Positions 59,743 through 64,000 of a DNA stretch of 64,000 nt are shown piece by piece. Made by a program: the position numbers and the translations under genes. Positions within the stretch are counted from its first letter, which is position 1. Every line of letters begins with the position of its first letter. Under the pieces are notes generated by a model. The model did not search any database and was not told where the DNA came from. It saw only the letters and a list, made by a program, of their open reading frames with translations. This DNA is from Phoronis australis (Eukaryota; Animalia; Phoronida), in assembly GCA_002633005.1 (NCBI GenBank), contig NMRA01000377.1, positions 181,546 through 245,545 on the forward strand, written 5' to 3'.

Positions 59743-60592
59743 AAAGAGTGGAGCGCAAAGCCTCAGGAACAACTCTACAAGAATCGCTTCGCCGTGATAA
59801 TTGCATTAACAGCAATGCCATTTTAACTGGGAACGCATTCATAACAGGTAACAATTATGGCACCAAACTCCCGCGGCCATGTCAAAAAAAAGTGGCACCA
59901 ATGTTAAAGAACAGCCTCTAAAGTAAACCTTTAAGGAGTGTCTAGGGACAGCTAAAAACTGCCAAGACAATTAGTGAAAACCTTGGAAAAGTGCAGTGGC
60001 GAGTGTCCCTGACATTTTAGATCCATAAACGTTTGAAATGCTTCCTCAGAAAAACATAGTTTGGTAGGGACGACAATGGTGGCACCTCTTAGGGCTCAAA
60101 TCAGTCATACTCACAGACAGGCAAGCAATAAAGCTGTACTCAGTGGGATGCCTGTTATCTGATTTCTCAGTCACTCACGCTCAGCCTGAGTCATATTTCA
60201 GTCTTCTCCCAACAGAAGAACCACAGGGGTCCATCGACTGTTGAAAACTTGTAATTCGCAATTGAAAAATAAATTTCTCAATTTTGTAATATTCAAATAT
60301 ATCGGTTTTTAGCAAATTGAAACATGGCAAGCATTTGACACTGGTCTGGCGGTATATAATTTATGTGATAGTTCTCATATATCTACGCTTATTATTTTAT
60401 TCAAAATTCATAGTTCAGTGAATTTGCCGCAAGCACTAAGAACTCATTTAAAATAAGGTTTTCTCATATAAATGAGCTTGGAAAAAAGATTATGTCTTCG
60501 CTGTCATGAATTGAAAACAAAATAACTGTTTGATTTCTGGCAATATTTTAAAGTCCCCGGCGGTGAAGCGCCAACTTTGAAAGCCATTCATT

Positions 60593-61277
60593 TGTCAGAA
60601 TTTAGACTAACACTGTTCTTGGCTTATTTTGTTTTATTATTGTGTTCGTGTTATTGATTGGCATGACCCCTGAGTTCAGTAAAGTGATGATGTAATTTGT
60701 TTACTACAGTACTAGTGTTGAACTTTCTAGAAGACTCTAGCATGACAGTAATTAATGCAGACTGGGATATTCTAGAGACTAGTATATGTTTATAGAATGA
60801 TTGGGTGGATTCCAGAAAGTTCTAGAATGTGCTTGAATTGGTGTAAAGTTCTAGAACATTGCATGAGAATATAAATACCCAGGCACGCGGGTTTGTAGTA
60901 GTCAGTTTTTAATTCAACAGTTTAGAATTAAACAGTTAAGCAGTTGAAAGGATTACAGTTGGGTTGCACTGAAGAAAATCAGCAGTTACAGCGACAGTCA
61001 ACAGAGAGCCAGCTATAGACAGTAGGTTATTGAATCAACGAGTGTAACAGTTGCTGAAAGTGTCTCAGAAGTTCATTGACAAGCCGAGGCTTCGTAGCAC
61101 TGGCTGGAGCGTAGAACAGACATTACGTCGGACGTTTTCTTTAAGTAGGATTGTGAACGTGCGATCGAGGTTAATAACGTTATACTCGAACGGGCCTTCA
61201 GTCTATCGTCGGACCGAAAGCTATTAGCGCCAGTCGGTAATCACCTGCGCTCACCCACACACGGGGGAAACGTGACA
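60593..61277 (+). mobile_element. Solo LTR (685 bp)
   Basis: TGTCA...TGACA termini flanked by a 5-bp TSD TCATT (60588-60592 and 61278-61282); internal TATAAATA at 60870 and Inr-like TCAGTT at 60902. Confidence 0.8.
60720..60877 (+). promoter_or_regulatory. Heat-shock element cluster plus TATA box within the solo LTR
   Basis: GAActTTCtaGAA (60720-60732), TTCcaGAAagTTCtaGAA (60810-60827), TTCtaGAA (60849-60856), then TATAAATA. Confidence 0.75.
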
Positions 61278-64000
61278 TCATTAGATTCCTATTTTGGAAT
61301 GGAGCCCTATAATATAGTGTTTTGCGACCGAGTTACTCGGAGCTTTCGTAATTGCACATGACAAAAGAATGGAAGAAATGAAAGTTATTGATTGCTTTGA
61401 TGAGCGGACTCGGAAGATTCACCGCCACTAATTGATCGTCATTTGGCTTGGCATGAATCAGTGTGACATTAACTTTGTGAAATAACCACCATGGCCAAAC
61501 TTAATCGGACTAGAATATTTGTGTTCTTGACGTCTCACCATCATATGACAAGTTGAGTCCAAGCTTGAATCCGTTGCATTTACTGTTTCATAATTTTATT
61601 ATGCCGTGGATCACCATTTTTGGACAATCATCATGGCGATAAAAATAACAGAACCCTAACATGTAAAATGAACCTTGTTTTAGTAATTTCATCCAAAGCT
61701 GGTGCATTCAGGGGCTATTGCGAGATGTACTCCCTCGAGTTTTATATCCGCGCTGTCTTCCCCACATTATAGGTGTTACTGTTGTGCTTCAAGTACAACA
61801 TTACCACCGAAACGCCCTCTGTTAAGGATTATTGTTGAATTGCAAATCACCAAGTACCGCTGTTGTCTGCCACACAGTCGCTGAAATCGAGGCCTGTTTG
61901 GTGTCTTGGCATCTATACACCTACATCTAGAGTTGGCGGATTTGGACCAGCAGCAGAGCATTCTCTGGTACTGCGGAACGTTGCTACTAATTCGTGGGAA
62001 AAACGTTTTCTCGCCGAGAATGTCTGGCGGGCGGAACTGAAGCCGTAGTCACGCACGCAGTCATTTGTCTCCAAACTGTTGAATGTTGATTACGGTTCCA
62101 GATCGAGTAACGGTTTCGCCACAAAGGCATAAAGCTCCACCATGTGCTGGTATCAAAAACCAAGTCACGGTATTTGCCCCAACGTCATGCTGTAATTCTT
62201 ACTCACTGCTTGAGGGTTGCACTAATAAAAAACTCTTTATTCCTTACAATCACCAATTCAGAACATCAAATGAGTTAGTCGACAGGTATCGCTAAAATAT
62301 AAACACTTCATAAGTTTAAGCCCTGCTTGTGTTTACAAATTATTTTTTCAAAGTTTTTGTAGAATATGGGTGGGGTTTCCGTGGAACCTCATTACACGTG
62401 GCAGCAGCTGAGTAAGTACCCATAATGCATGAGTCAGCTGACACTCACTACGGCGACTCTTTTAGGAGGTGATGTACCACCAAAATAAAATTAAAAATAT
62501 TTGAAGTCGTGTTGAATGAGCATTATTTGGGCTTGCGTTTCGACTGAACTAACTTGCGTTAAACTTGTTTTTGTGAATTTTTTTAATAAAATGAAGCAAT
62601 TAAGCGGATCAAACTATACCGCCGTGGCAAGCAAACATTACTGATGAGCCTTAGAGGTAAACCGTCAGTTCTTCTCAAGCCAAGAAATCATGCGTTACCT
62701 GAATAAGAAATGGAGGCCAATTTTACAACAGAAAGTGGACTAAATTGTATGTTTTTTTGACAGACTGATGTTAACATAACAAAATTGAAGTAACTTTAGT
62801 CAATAGCAATCGACTGACAGACAAAATCATGGTTCAGTTTACTAGGCCAGTTTTTAAAAAGTTATACTTTGGAAACATACTGCAAAACATTCAACTGAGT
62901 AAGGCAAAAATTCTTAATTTAGGGCAATTTGACATTTCAATTCAGGAACAAGATAATTTAGAGCGCTTTATAAAAGAGTGTGCTGCTTCTTGCTTGACTC
63001 GCCCTGTTTACTGACGCCCATTGTGGCTTAATGCACACACGTGAAGTTCTAAAGTTTTCACTTTTAAAAGTTCATGCATGGATGCCCTGACGCCCAATCT
63101 TAATTCCTATAATCGAGAAAAGCGTCTGTGTCTTTGCACACGGCACAACGTACTGATTCAGAAATAAAGCGAGGCCTATGACCATGCACGCTACTTCTTA
63201 TACAGGGTCAGTCGTATCTTCACTGTTCACTGTATCTGGACACTATGAAAGAACGCACATCACGGGTTTTTAAACAAACATTTCATGTTACACATGCCAA
63301 TGGTTCTTGGGACTTATCAGTCTGAACTTGTAAATAAATGACACAGTCACACATCATATCCACCGAGGCACTAATTAAGTGGCGCTAAGTGGCACTTAGC
63401 GACACCTGTTGTCCAGTTTGCGTTATAATTGCCACCAACTTCTCAGTTGCATAAGATAGCGTTGAATAAAGGCGGGGTTTCCATGGAACCTCAATTTTGG
63501 AAGTGATCACGGCGAAGTGGCCGATATGTTAAAAGGAAAACTTAGAAATGCCGCTCATGGTCTCGGTGGTCAGAGCTGAGAAACACTGCATCAAGGTTAG
63601 GCACCTGATACACCAATTCAGCCCCAAGGCCCTTGGCGCCTGCAGCCGTGTTTCTCGTTAAATATTGTTGGAAGTTTCACGCGTGTGGATGTTTCCTCGA
63701 CCACTTCACACATGTGCAATAACCAGCAAGACCAGAGTTGGTTTGTTTTCAGCTAAAGAGCGAAGTTGGCCCATCGTATCAAGTAGAACGATGCCTGCCT
63801 CCCGTTCAGTAACGCTAGGACCTTGCTAAAAAGCAAGACTTCGCGAGATTACCTGAGATATTGCCTTGTATTTTAAATGAGAACACGTGACTTCGACTAG
63901 GTTTTAGCTAGGTCCTAGCGTCTACTGAACGCACGCCAGGTCACACTTACCCTCTGTTTCAGTGATTCACGGTTTATGCTGAGCGATGAAAAAAAGATAC

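Noticed and set aside
58804-59854. Long ORFs of 276-330 aa in the ORF track
   Set aside because: Artefacts of the N gap 58930-59678 and flanking simple repeats.
61700-62300. GC-elevated segment downstream of the LTR as gag or a heat-induced gene
   Set aside because: The frames are interrupted by stops with no recognisable motif, and matching TSDs show the LTR is solo.
62371-63495. Repeated GGGGTTTCCRTGGAACCTCA motif (about 62372 and 63474) as an X-box or TIR pair
   Set aside because: The copies are in direct orientation with no shared body, and the X-box match is imperfect; function cannot be supported.

Overview
This is AT-rich animal genomic DNA from a draft, heterozygous assembly of an invertebrate bilaterian; the taxon cannot be pinned down from the sequence. 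It has single-n scaffold joins, two N gaps and uncollapsed haplotype duplications. The left half (1..33417, minus strand) holds the 5' part of a large multi-exon RP1-family ciliary gene. I traced 25 GT-AG coding exons by hand with consistent intron phases (about 1,345 aa in the window): DCX-DCX-PLAT-PLAT-2x FGF-like beta-trefoil-linker-PLAT-PLAT-microexon linker-PLAT, running off the left edge. It has several RFX X-box motifs and candidate alternative first exons. A small plus-strand gene at about 54.3-55.0 kb encodes an MGCxxS-type (myristoyl/palmitoyl) 90-aa protein. The rest is intron and intergenic DNA with MITEs, a Penelope GIY-YIG remnant, hammerhead-like motifs, a solo LTR carrying perfect heat-shock elements, and several tandem arrays. 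No CRISPR array, rRNA or convincing tRNA gene was found.
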